The notes under the pieces are model-generated. The model worked only from the letters and a program-made list of their open reading frames with translations, ran no database searches and was not told the DNA's origin. Positions 8,101 to 16,424 of a stretch of DNA of 64,000 nucleotides are shown piece by piece. This DNA comes from Candidatus Dadabacteria bacterium (GTDB lineage: Bacteria; Desulfobacterota_D; UBA1144; Nemesobacterales; Nemesobacteraceae). Location of the stretch: the NCBI GenBank assembly GCA_951812945.1, contig CATOTB010000006.1:77335-141334 (forward strand). The letters run 5' to 3'. Positions within the stretch are counted from its first letter, which is position 1. Every line of letters begins with the position of its first letter. Position numbers and translations under genes: made by a program.

Positions 8101-11100
8101 TCAAAAACTGCCCAGTCCATGGACATCACCACGGAATTCGTTACGTCCTGGCGCACAAGTCTGTCAAACGCCCTGAGACCTTGCTGCGGTGTAAACCAGC
8201 GGCCACCGAGCGCCGCTCGTTGCCGTTCAATCCGGTCTCGTTGTTCCGCCGCTTCGCCGATCTCTGACCACGCCCCCCAGGCAATGGCCTGTCCCGGAAG
8301 CCCCACCGCCCGCCGGTGGGCGGCGAGCTGGTCCAGGAACGCATTGGCTGCGGCGTGGTTTGCCTGGCCCGGATTGCCCATGACGCCAACTCGGCTCGAA
8401 AAGAGGATGAAGAGCTCCAGATCGCGGTCCGCCGTCGCACGGTGCAGGTGCCAAGCGCCCAGCACTTTCGGCCACAGCACCTGCTCGAACCTCTCCCAAC
8501 TCTGGTTCGACAGTGAAGCGTCCGACAACACTCCCACGCTGTGAATCACTCCGCCGAGCGGCGGAAGTTCCCGATCCATCCGCGCCAGCATGTCGTCCAC
8601 AGCTGAGGCATCCGTCACATCTGCCAGTTCCACCCTCACCGTGGACCCGCGTTTACGCAACGAGTCGATCTCTTTTTCAACCTCGGGGTCTGGTGGTCGT
8701 CGTCCATTCAGCACGATCGCCCCCGCACCGTGATCCGCTAACCAGCCGGCCACGGCGCACCCGATACCGCCCAGGCCGCCGGTCACCAAGTAGGTCCGGT
8801 CCTGCCGCAAACCACCCCCCCCCGCAAGCGGTGGTGTCGTCACGACGATCTTCCCGAGGTGCCGGGCCGATCGCATGAATCTCAACGCAGCTCCCGCTTC
8901 GGCCAGGGGCCACCTGCTGTGGATAAGCGGTTTCAGTTCTCCCGCCGTAAGGCGCTCCATCACGTCCCGGAGAACCCTTCCGACCCAAGCCGGCTCAGTC
9001 TTCTTCAAAACATCCAACTCCAGGATGGAGTAGGCAACGTCGGGACGAACTGCCGCCATCTCCTCCTCGCTCAGAATGTCCCGCCTGGCCAATTCCACAA
9101 ACCGGCCACCCTGTGCTAGGCATGACAGACTCGCCTCGATGAATCCCTCTCCCGTCAGGCTGTTGAGCACCACGTCGACTCCTGCGCCGTCCGTGGCCTC
9201 GAGGATCTCTTCCCCGAACTTTGTCGTGCGGCTATCGAACACATGCTCCACACCGATGGAACGGAGATAGGGCTGCTTCGATGCACTCGCCGTGGTATAC
9301 ACCTCGATGCCTACAGCACGCGCCAACTGGATGGCCGCGAGTCCCACACCTCCAGCACCTGCGTGAATCAGCACCCGTTCGCCAGCGTTCAACCCTGAGA
9401 GCTCATACGAGAATGCGGCTGAGACGAACACATTCGGCACCGTGGCGAGACCCGTCACCGAGATTCCCGATGGCGCGGGCGCCACCAATTCCTCCCGTAT
9501 GATCATTTCGGCCGCGAACGCACCACCGAACCCCAATCCAACCACATGATCGCCGGCCGAGACGGTTGACACCTCGGAACCCACATCGAGCACGTGGCCA
9601 CACATCTCCTTGCCTAAGTTCCCCTCTTCAATGAAGCCAAGCGAACGAAATACATCCCAGAAATTCATTCCGGCAGCCTCGACCGCGACGCGGACTTCTT
9701 TCGGCTCCAGGGAACGCTCCGGCAGCGGCTTGACGTAAGGCTTGTCGAATATGCCGTCCGGGTCCGGAGCCAGCACCCAGGCCGACTGCTGCGGCAATGT
9801 TAACCGCTCCGTGTTGGTCCCGGCCCGGACCAGGCGGGCTACCATACGTCGGCCGTAGCGATGTGCGATGTGATTCTCGTGATCGGGATACAGCAGTTCG
9901 TCCGGGAGTTCAGGCGACTGCGTTTTTGAGGGGTCCAGGTCAATCATCCTCGGCTTTAGATGCGCCGCTTCGCGGGACACCACCTTCCCGAAACCCCATA
10001 GCGTCGCGCCGGCAAGTTCCCCGCCAAGCTCCTTCTCCAGCACCTGCGCGCCCCGCGTAAGAAACCACACTCCGTTCTCGGGCACCGCATCGGAGTCAAC
10101 CAGCCCCTGCGTCAACGCCAGTGCGCTCGCCACCGCTCGCCTCGTGTCCTTCGCCATCTCTTCGTTTGTCGCATTCAGGCCGTGGCCGCCCAGCGCCACG
10201 AGGTGCACGACTCCTTTCAGAGGCGCATCCCCGGGTAGGCACTCCAACAGCGATTGCCACGACTCGCGCCGCTCCATGTCCACCGTTGACCGGACAATGC
10301 CGGACCCGTCCACTTCTGAATTCCCGTTCTCCGGGAGTTGATGGTCCGCCAGCACGACTGTCTGGTTGCGTGCGGCCAGATCTGCTGCCAGTTCTTCGGC
10401 CACGCCAGCGCTGTCCGCCGCCAGAACCCAGATGCCCGGTCTTTCGGTCACCTCAGCCGGACCCCGCGCCACGATCACACCCTTATCCGGCATCTCGGCC
10501 GAGTCGGACTCTTCCAACCCCAGCACTTCTATTTCCCCGAAACCCACGTCAGTGAGTACGCGACGCCACACAGCAGGATCCACCAAGGCGTGTTGCGGTC
10601 GGTAGGCATCGGCGAACCGCCACCAGCCGTCCAACGGCCCGAAAGTCAAGTCCATCCAACCCATACCCCTCAGGTTCTCGAGCGCGACCAGCTGTCCTGA
10701 TGGCGCGAGAAGCCGCCGGCAGTGCGCAAGCGTCTCATTTAGGTATTGCGTGGCGTGCAACACATTGGATGCAATCACCAGGTCGTAACCGTGGAAATCG
10801 AATCCCTGCTCCACCGGATCCTTCTCGATATCCAGCATGCGGTAATCTATCGACGCTTCATCGCCTCCGAAGCGCGCCTCTGCTTCCGCAAAGAAGCCCG
10901 CCGAGATATCCGTGTACATGTAGTCGAACCGTCCTTCCGGGAGTTCCGGCAGGATGGCCGCGGTCGCCGACCCTGTACCCGCCCCGACTTCGATCACCCT
11001 GAGGCGTCGGCCGTCGGGCAACCCCGCCACAAGAGTCTGAACCGTTTCTCTCAGTATCCGGTTCGCCGCACGCGCCACCGGAGCTTTTCGATACAGATCG

Positions 11101-14100
11101 CCCGGGGTCGGGTCTCCGCTGCTAAACAGGATTGTCAACGGGTCCGCTCGGCCCAGCAGCACGTCTGCCAGGGCGTTACCAGACCGTCGAAAAAGCCCGA
11201 TCTCGGTCAAGCCGTGGGGATATAGCTCAGCTATTCGGGTAGCGAATTCTTCTGTGTCAAGCGGCATTTCATCCGGCAAGGGATCCCCGGATCCGATCCT
11301 CACGACGAAGTTGCCGTCCACCTCCTCCAACACTCCGGACTTGGCCAGCATCTCGAGCATCCGGCGGAACAAGCGCTTATGCTCCTCCACGACATTCAAG
11401 CGCCGCCGCAAGTCCTCTGAATCCACGGCCGCGCCCCCCTCGCGTTCCCACCCCAGCTTCTTCAAGGTCTCTAGCGCGCAGGATCGAGACCACCTCTCCA
11501 GGTCAGTCAGGAGGGCGCTTCTGTCCTTGGGCGTGACTCCTTCGTCGGCCAAATAATCTGAGAGCAACCCCGAGCGCGTTGCAACCGTTGCCTGAGACGC
11601 GAGGAAATCTGCGGACAGCATTCCGGGCGTGAGAGCCCTTTCGCGCCACACAACCTCATACAGCAGTTCATTCACCCCTTCGACTGCGGAGAGCAGCGCC
11701 GCCCGCGTCGCGCGTTTCACCATGTATCCGCTCAACCCGCCAAGCAGAACTCCATTGGGATCGTAGATGCGCAATTCTCCGTTCCAGACCTCGGGCGGCT
11801 CGCCCTGTTCCACTTCCGTTCCTTGGGAAGCCTCACTCATGCGCACGTGGCAGAGCAAGCGATCCGGCAGCCGATCCGCCAGCCACAGTCGCTCCCAGCC
11901 AAATGGTAGATAGGTGGTTTCCTCTTCTGCCCCGCCTGGATTGCGCGCTGCGGCCATAACCTGAAAGCAACCGTCCAGCAGGAGCGGATGAACGTCCAGC
12001 CCGTTGCGGCCGAGAGCTTCAGGGAAAGAAATCTCGCCTAACGCCTCGCCCGGCCGGGACCAGACCCTCCCGAGCGTACGGAAGAACGGGCCGAGATTAA
12101 TCCCCGTACTGGCCCGGGCACGGTAGTAGGCTGCCACGTCTATTGGCGACAGAGGGGCCTTGAGGCTTTCGAGATCGATCCGCCTACCGGCTTCCGGCAT
12201 CGGGGCGTCCGGCGATACGCGGCCTTCCACGTGTAACGTCCAGCCCTCTCCACTCCCCTTGCTGAATATCTGGACACGACGCGAATTTGCCCGCTCGGAA
12301 GAATCAAGCACAACCTGCACCTTTCGGCCCTCGTCACCGGTACCGTCCTCGGAACCCTCCTCCGGGAAAATCAGCGCGTTGTGCAGCTGCATGTCCTCCA
12401 CAACCACCGCGCCGCTCTCTTCTGTAAGGGATACCGATGCCGCCATGGCCCCATAGAGCGCGCCCGGAGCTATAACCCGGCCGAACACCCGGTGGTCGCT
12501 CAACCACTCCGGATCCGACCGGAACACTTCTGTCTCGAATGTGACCTCGCCGCTGGCGGATTCGTGCCGGACCCCCAGCAAGGGGTGGCCGACGCCCGAG
12601 CGTTGTTTTCTATTTGAATCAAGCCAATGGCGTTCGCGTTGGAATGGATAGCTTGGCAACGAGATGCGACGGCGCGCCTCCCCCGCGAAGAGCCCTTCAA
12701 AACGAATCGGGAGCCCCGCCTGATACGCTTCCGCGACCGCCCGCGTGAAATCGGCGCCATCCGCGGACGCTCGGGATTCACCAGACGGTGGGCGCAGGCT
12801 TGACAGCACCGTGGGTGGCGGTGTCTGTACCGAGTCCGGCCAAGCCGCGCCCGTCATCGTGGCCAGGATCGGTCTCGGCCCTATCTCCAACACCAAGTCC
12901 ACCCCGAGTTCCGCCAACGTCCGGACACCGCGGGCGAACGCCACCTTCTCGCGGGCATGCTGCCTCCAGTAGGCTCCGTCCAGCGCTTGGCCAGGCTCCA
13001 GCGCTTGGCCAGTCAGGTTGCTGACCACGGTGAGGGAGGGTGGTTCGATCGCCACACTATCCAAGGAAGCTTCCAGCATGTCCAGAGCTGGCTCCACCAA
13101 GGCGCTGTGGAACGCGCGGGCTGTGTTCAGCCGTCTTACCCGGACTCCTTCCGATTCGAAGCGCTTCGAGATGGTTTCAATCTCTGCAACCGGGCCGCTC
13201 ACCACTTGGTGGCCGCCGTTGTCCGCCGAGATGCTCAGCCCAGCACTGGCAGATGATTCGTTCAGCTCCTCGACCGTTGACGCCACTCGTGCCGGAGTGG
13301 CAAAAACCGCTGCCATTGCGCCCGGTTCGGTTTCCGACAGCAGGGTGCCCCGCGCCGCGGCAAACCGCATTCCATCCTCCATGCTGAACACTCCCGCTGC
13401 CTGCGCCGCCGCCAGTTCCCCGACACTGTGCCCCAACACCACGCTGGGACGAACCCCTACACTCGACCAGAGCGCCGTGAGCGCGCACTCGAGGGCGTAG
13501 AGGGTCGGCTGCTCCCACGCCGTATCGCTCAGATTGCCTTCGCCGCACCCGAACATCACGTCAAGCAACGAGGCGCCTCTTTCAGCCCGAAACACCTCCT
13601 CACAGCGGTCGAGAACCGCCCGCGCCACCGGCTCACGTTCGTAGAGCGCCTTTCCCATGCCGGCCCATTGGCTTCCTTGCCCGGTATAAACAAACGCCAC
13701 TTTCATCGCTGTTTGCGGCCCTGGACTCTCGCCCACATTCCCCAGCGCTTTCAGCCCCTCCCGTAGCGACCCGGTATCCCGAAACACCACGCCTGCACGA
13801 TGATCAAAATGGCTCCTCCCTACGCCTGCAGTCCACGCCATGTCCGAGAGTAAGGGTTCTAAAGAGGTGCTTTGGGAAGCAAGATCCTCTGGATGCTCGT
13901 CCAGCCACAAGAGGTAACGCTCCGCAAGTTCCCGGAGTGCGGTCACCGATTTGCCGGACAGCGGCAGCAACCGGGTCTCGCGCTTCCTTAACCCTTGCTC
14001 AGGCAGCGGCAAACTCTCCGCGGCCTTCGGCAAAGAGACTGTCACTGTCTGGGCTGAGCCAACAAGCTGACGCTTCCCGTAGGGCAATTCCCCTGGGGCA

Positions 14101-15479
14101 ATGTATTCTTCCACCACTATGTGGGCGTTCGTCCCGGATATCCCGAAGGAGTTTACTCCTGCCAGTCGCGCCCGTCCGCCACGCTGAGGTAAGTCCATCA
14201 TGGACGAAGTAACCTTTAAAGGCAGTTGGTCCCAATCGAGGCTAGGGTTGGGAACCTGGAAATGCAGGTGCTTCGGAATCACGCCGCGCTGCATCACCAG
14301 CACTGCCTTGATCAGACCAGCGATTCCGGCAGCCGACTCGAGGTGGCCGATATTGGTCTTTACGGAACCGATCAAAAGAGGATGATCGGCTTTGCGTCCT
14401 CTGCCGTAGACAGCGGAGACGGCCTCGATCTCAATCGGGTCGCCTACAGCTGTTCCAGTTCCGTGCGCCTCCAGGTAATCCACATCCGAAGCGGGAACTC
14501 CGGCCTGCGACAGCGCCGCTTCCATCACCTGTTCCAATGCGGGGGTGTGCGGTACGGTCAGTCCGGTGCCGGGTCCGCCGTTATTCACCGCCGAGCCTCG
14601 GATCACCCCCCAGATCCGATCGCCATCCTCCTCGGCCTCGCTCAGCCGTTTCAGGATAACGACGCCGCAACCTTCACCGCGCACGTAACCGTTCGCAGAC
14701 GCATCGAACGTCTTGCACTGCCCGTCCGGAGACAGCATCATCGCATCCGCACGGAGTTCGAAAATGCGACTGTTCAGGATGGCCTGCACACCGCCTGCAA
14801 TGGCCAGATCCGCCTTGCCCTGCTGCAGGTCTGCCACCGCGTCGTGGACCGACACCATGGACGACGCGCACGCGGCGTCCACTGCCTTTGCTGGTCCCAT
14901 GAGGCCCAGCACGAAAGAGACCCGTCCGCTGGTACCGTTGAGGTTTGTGCCGCTCAGAGCATAAAGACATGAGGCGGCCTCGGCAGGTTTCCTTGACTCC
15001 ACTACCAGCATCCTGTATTCGTCGTTGCTGATCCCGGTGTATACCCCGGTGCGGCTGCCCTTCAGCCGATCCGGATCCATACCCGCATCCTCAAGAGCCT
15101 CCCAAGTGGTTTCCAGCATCATCCGCTGCTGTGGATCCAGCAACTGGGCCTCGACCGGAGAAATACGAAAGAACCCCGCGTCGAACTGCTCGATTCCGTC
15201 GACATAGCCACAGAAACGACAGGCCTTGCTCGGAATCTGTCCATCGGGGAAAAGCTCGTCCATACGCCCGACGCCGGAACCTGGGACGCCCTCCGTCACC
15301 ACGTTCTGGCCGGCTTCGAGCAGGCGCCAAAAGGCCGGTATACTCGGTGCGCCGGGGAACCGGCACCCCATGCCCACGATTGCTATCGGTGGACCGAGTC
15401 CAGATTTTTCCTGTCTCTGAATTTCAGAGTGGGGCGATGATTCCCCAGAGGAATCGCAAGACTTGTTTGATTCCGTCAT
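5106..15479 (-). CDS. Type I polyketide synthase with domains KS-AT-DH-cMT-ER-KR-ACP-KS-AT(degenerate)
   Basis: 3457 aa, ATG preceded by GGGAGGGAG. KS1: DAACASS Cys, EAHGTGT, NIGHLE. AT1: GHSVGE plus RAFHS (malonyl-type). DH: HRVFGRVIAPG plus LLDGCFQ. cMT: VIEVGAGTGS SAM motif. ER: LIHAGAGGVGLAAIQLA. KR: TGGLGGIG. ACP: FFDLGMDSL. KS2: DMACAS, EAHASGS, NIGHLE. AT2: GHGTGE, no Ser. Ends ...YPFQRRRHWV. Confidence 0.95.
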   Translation of the reverse strand: MTESNKSCDSSGESSPHSEIQRQEKSGLGPPIAIVGMGCRFPGAPSIPAFWRLLEAGQNVVTEGVPGSGVGRMDELFPDGQIPSKACRFCGYVDGIEQFDAGFFRISPVEAQLLDPQQRMMLETTWEALEDAGMDPDRLKGSRTGVYTGISNDEYRMLVVESRKPAEAASCLYALSGTNLNGTSGRVSFVLGLMGPAKAVDAACASSMVSVHDAVADLQQGKADLAIAGGVQAILNSRIFELRADAMMLSPDGQCKTFDASANGYVRGEGCGVVILKRLSEAEEDGDRIWGVIRGSAVNNGGPGTGLTVPHTPALEQVMEAALSQAGVPASDVDYLEAHGTGTAVGDPIEIEAVSAVYGRGRKADHPLLIGSVKTNIGHLESAAGIAGLIKAVLVMQRGVIPKHLHFQVPNPSLDWDQLPLKVTSSMMDLPQRGGRARLAGVNSFGISGTNAHIVVEEYIAPGELPYGKRQLVGSAQTVTVSLPKAAESLPLPEQGLRKRETRLLPLSGKSVTALRELAERYLLWLDEHPEDLASQSTSLEPLLSDMAWTAGVGRSHFDHRAGVVFRDTGSLREGLKALGNVGESPGPQTAMKVAFVYTGQGSQWAGMGKALYEREPVARAVLDRCEEVFRAERGASLLDVMFGCGEGNLSDTAWEQPTLYALECALTALWSSVGVRPSVVLGHSVGELAAAQAAGVFSMEDGMRFAAARGTLLSETEPGAMAAVFATPARVASTVEELNESSASAGLSISADNGGHQVVSGPVAEIETISKRFESEGVRVRRLNTARAFHSALVEPALDMLEASLDSVAIEPPSLTVVSNLTGQALEPGQALDGAYWRQHAREKVAFARGVRTLAELGVDLVLEIGPRPILATMTGAAWPDSVQTPPPTVLSSLRPPSGESRASADGADFTRAVAEAYQAGLPIRFEGLFAGEARRRISLPSYPFQRERHWLDSNRKQRSGVGHPLLGVRHESASGEVTFETEVFRSDPEWLSDHRVFGRVIAPGALYGAMAASVSLTEESGAVVVEDMQLHNALIFPEEGSEDGTGDEGRKVQVVLDSSERANSRRVQIFSKGSGEGWTLHVEGRVSPDAPMPEAGRRIDLESLKAPLSPIDVAAYYRARASTGINLGPFFRTLGRVWSRPGEALGEISFPEALGRNGLDVHPLLLDGCFQVMAAARNPGGAEEETTYLPFGWERLWLADRLPDRLLCHVRMSEASQGTEVEQGEPPEVWNGELRIYDPNGVLLGGLSGYMVKRATRAALLSAVEGVNELLYEVVWRERALTPGMLSADFLASQATVATRSGLLSDYLADEGVTPKDRSALLTDLERWSRSCALETLKKLGWEREGGAAVDSEDLRRRLNVVEEHKRLFRRMLEMLAKSGVLEEVDGNFVVRIGSGDPLPDEMPLDTEEFATRIAELYPHGLTEIGLFRRSGNALADVLLGRADPLTILFSSGDPTPGDLYRKAPVARAANRILRETVQTLVAGLPDGRRLRVIEVGAGTGSATAAILPELPEGRFDYMYTDISAGFFAEAEARFGGDEASIDYRMLDIEKDPVEQGFDFHGYDLVIASNVLHATQYLNETLAHCRRLLAPSGQLVALENLRGMGWMDLTFGPLDGWWRFADAYRPQHALVDPAVWRRVLTDVGFGEIEVLGLEESDSAEMPDKGVIVARGPAEVTERPGIWVLAADSAGVAEELAADLAARNQTVVLADHQLPENGNSEVDGSGIVRSTVDMERRESWQSLLECLPGDAPLKGVVHLVALGGHGLNATNEEMAKDTRRAVASALALTQGLVDSDAVPENGVWFLTRGAQVLEKELGGELAGATLWGFGKVVSREAAHLKPRMIDLDPSKTQSPELPDELLYPDHENHIAHRYGRRMVARLVRAGTNTERLTLPQQSAWVLAPDPDGIFDKPYVKPLPERSLEPKEVRVAVEAAGMNFWDVFRSLGFIEEGNLGKEMCGHVLDVGSEVSTVSAGDHVVGLGFGGAFAAEMIIREELVAPAPSGISVTGLATVPNVFVSAAFSYELSGLNAGERVLIHAGAGGVGLAAIQLARAVGIEVYTTASASKQPYLRSIGVEHVFDSRTTKFGEEILEATDGAGVDVVLNSLTGEGFIEASLSCLAQGGRFVELARRDILSEEEMAAVRPDVAYSILELDVLKKTEPAWVGRVLRDVMERLTAGELKPLIHSRWPLAEAGAALRFMRSARHLGKIVVTTPPLAGGGGLRQDRTYLVTGGLGGIGCAVAGWLADHGAGAIVLNGRRPPDPEVEKEIDSLRKRGSTVRVELADVTDASAVDDMLARMDRELPPLGGVIHSVGVLSDASLSNQSWERFEQVLWPKVLGAWHLHRATADRDLELFILFSSRVGVMGNPGQANHAAANAFLDQLAAHRRAVGLPGQAIAWGAWSEIGEAAEQRDRIERQRAALGGRWFTPQQGLRAFDRLVRQDVTNSVVMSMDWAVFEEAVEDRPSLLEDLLSTSPEADADSPAQADDLMSRVRKTTVAEREGMLVSFLQGEVQAVLRLPSAPTPTVGFFDLGMDSLMAVELRNRLNRAFAGEYVVSNTAVFDYPDVTTLAHYLADELGQLDGDDGTAPTPETAAPPPRPLVATEDDDIAIVGMACRFPSAKNLSEYWHLLESGTDAVTDGRQAGDPRRDAFGDSNSEGTTHLHGAFVENIEWFDSRFFHIAPIEARMMDPQQRMMLETSWEAVEDAGIAPDSLRGSRTAVYAGVAGSEYRHVIEASGKTGIHLGTTASITTGRVASALGLEGPAMAIDMACASALAAAHQAVGGLQRGEVDLALAGGVHAALSHDVSRFMLDVGMLSPSGQCHPFDASADGHVRGEGCGMLVLKRLSEAEVDGDRIWGVIKGSAVNQNGTSAGLTVPNGPAQERVMEAALVRAGLTGTDVDYLEAHASGSQLGDAIEVHAASSVYGRGRDADCPLLIGTVKSNIGHLETAAGVAGLIKAVLAMKQGVIPKHLHFKEPNPQINWDQLPVRVTSEKTDWPPHSDKPPRAAVSAFSMSGANAHMVVEGYGIATEDDSASAGVQSLRGAALPVPVSLPEPVANLPLATDGLTERTVRFLPLSGKSDGALRDMAGQYLSWLDEHIAGSSPKAPALADIAWTASVGRSHFDHRAAVVFGDTQSLRAGLTKLAETVATPDKPAPQPVTRVAFLYTGEGSQWVGMGEALYDSEPVVRAVLDHCDAVVRAEKGASLLDVMFGRAEATGDLNDAAWAQPALYALECALTALWASVGIRPNVALGHGTGEIAAAWAAGVFTLEDGLRLALTRGTLMAALPGADPNQSLNGLEVAFAESAVSPPSLTLVSGVTGRVVDADNPLDVAYWRTQACETEAFGTGVSTLAELGVDTVVEIGPGAVLGPQVNLQWPDSSDGEEAAASPFVLASLMRPSDEDSEEDSTGFAEAVAGAYEAGLALSFEGMFAGESRRRISLPTYPFQRRRHWV
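5310..5990 (-). other. PKS domain AT2, degenerate and predicted inactive
   Basis: aa ~3164-3390. The active-site motif reads GHGTGE (nt 5697-5711) instead of GHSxG. The ~70 aa carrying the specificity motif are absent relative to AT1. Confidence 0.75.
6390..7655 (-). other. PKS domain KS2 (second ketosynthase)
   Basis: aa ~2609-3030. Cys2774 in DMACAS, His2909 and His2949 present. Confidence 0.8.
7740..7982 (-). other. PKS domain ACP (integrated)
   Basis: aa ~2500-2580. GMDSL with Ser2538. Confidence 0.8.
8220..8798 (-). other. PKS domain KR (ketoreductase) with His in place of the catalytic Tyr
   Basis: aa ~2228-2420. TGGLGGIG Rossmann motif. SSRVGVMGNPGQANHAAANAF has H2375 (nt 8355-8357) where the canonical motif is GQxNYAAAN. 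Confidence 0.7.
8835..9782 (-). other. PKS domain ER (enoylreductase)
   Basis: aa ~1900-2215. NADPH-binding LIHAGAGGVGLAAIQLA. Confidence 0.8.
10530..11342 (-). other. PKS domain cMT (C-methyltransferase)
   Basis: aa ~1380-1650. ExGxGxG SAM-binding motif VIEVGAGTGS at aa 1496-1505. Confidence 0.75.
11730..12602 (-). other. PKS domain DH (dehydratase)
   Basis: aa ~960-1250. HxxxGxxxxP with His996, and DxxxQ with D1169. Confidence 0.75.
12810..13700 (-). other. PKS domain AT1 (acyltransferase, malonyl-type signature)
   Basis: aa ~594-890. GHSVG Ser685 and an RAFHS specificity motif. Confidence 0.8.
14106..15389 (-). other. PKS domain KS1 (ketosynthase)
   Basis: aa ~31-458. Catalytic Cys204 is encoded at 14868-14870, and both catalytic His motifs are present. 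Confidence 0.85.
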
Positions 15480-15565
15480 CGAAATCTCCCTCCCAAGATT
15501 ATGAGCTGATGGTTCTGTCTGTTCCCTTAATCTGAACTGTTTCCGTCTTAAAAAACGGTTTTCAG

Positions 15566-15595
15566 TTCACCACTCGAACTATGAAATTCACCACT
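15566..15595. promoter_or_regulatory. Tandem direct repeat TTCACCACT (15566-15574 and 15587-15595) in the PKS upstream region, a candidate operator
   Basis: Two identical 9-mers spaced 21 nt apart, ~90-115 nt upstream of the PKS start codon in a low-GC intergenic region. Confidence 0.2.
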
Positions 15596-15764
15596 GATTT
15601 TGATAATTCTCTTTCTGAAGAGTTTAGCATGGGGATGGACAGGGAACAAAGCTCTTCTTCGCTCGGGCCACGACTATCTCACGCTAAATACAGGTGGCAG
15701 TTTGGCATTTGTATGCTTTCTGTCTCTGTCCGCGAGGTTATCACAATCAGATGAATGCCGGGTC

Positions 15765-16424
15765 TCAGGGAAAAGTCACTGTTCCTGCTCCCTCCGGTTT
15801 CTTGAACGCAAAAAACGAATCAGGAATGCCGAGGTTAACTTCCGCAGTGCCCAGTTTTATGACCGTAGTGTTTCCGAAGATGTCGCCAATTATGATTTCT
15901 CTCAGCATATAGGTCTTGGGGTCGACTGCTATAGTCACCTGCTTTGACTGCTCCTGGTTTTTCTGTTTCAGGTCAAGGAGGACATTCCCCCGCCCGTCGG
16001 TGCTTCCGACGCCCGGGCGGACATCGAAAAGACGGTCAAGATCCTCCAGTATGGAAATAACGGTATAGGAACCGAGAGAATCTGCCCAGACGCTGTCAAA
16101 TTCCGTTTCGGCGACCTGGTTTTCCTGGCTGTCAAAATACCAGATCTTCTTTCCGTCAGAAACTATCGTGTCTTTCCATGGCTCTTCGTACTGCCACTTC
16201 ATCATCCCGGGTTTTTTGAACCACACCTTGCCCGAGGATGAGATTTTCTCCCCAAGGTCTTTTATCCGGGTTTCCTGTGTGAATGGCGATTTAAGGTCGT
16301 TTATGGAAGCGTATTTTTTCTGGATACCACTTACAATAGCAGCTGTATCCTGTGTTCTCGCCGGGTGGGTGGTAAAGAGAATGGATACGGTGAGAAGCAC
16401 CGCCGCAAGCGCGATTTTTCTCAA
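15765..16424 (-). CDS. lolA: Outer-membrane lipoprotein carrier protein LolA
   Basis: 219 aa. N-terminal signal peptide, and the LolA-like ...KSPFTQETRIKDLGEKISSSGKVWFKKPGMMKWQYEEP... Confidence 0.7.
   Translation of the reverse strand: MRKIALAAVLLTVSILFTTHPARTQDTAAIVSGIQKKYASINDLKSPFTQETRIKDLGEKISSSGKVWFKKPGMMKWQYEEPWKDTIVSDGKKIWYFDSQENQVAETEFDSVWADSLGSYTVISILEDLDRLFDVRPGVGSTDGRGNVLLDLKQKNQEQSKQVTIAVDPKTYMLREIIIGDIFGNTTVIKLGTAEVNLGIPDSFFAFKKPEGAGTVTFP

Noticed and set aside
5152-15366. Dozens of 60-250 aa ORFs on the plus strand and in off-frames inside the PKS gene (for example 14226..14972, 13018..13500, 5968..6396, 10121..10555)
   Set aside because: They lie entirely within a continuous 3457-aa ORF that has clear catalytic motifs. 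High GC suppresses stop codons in all frames. The predicted peptides are low-complexity, rich in Arg, Pro and Ala.
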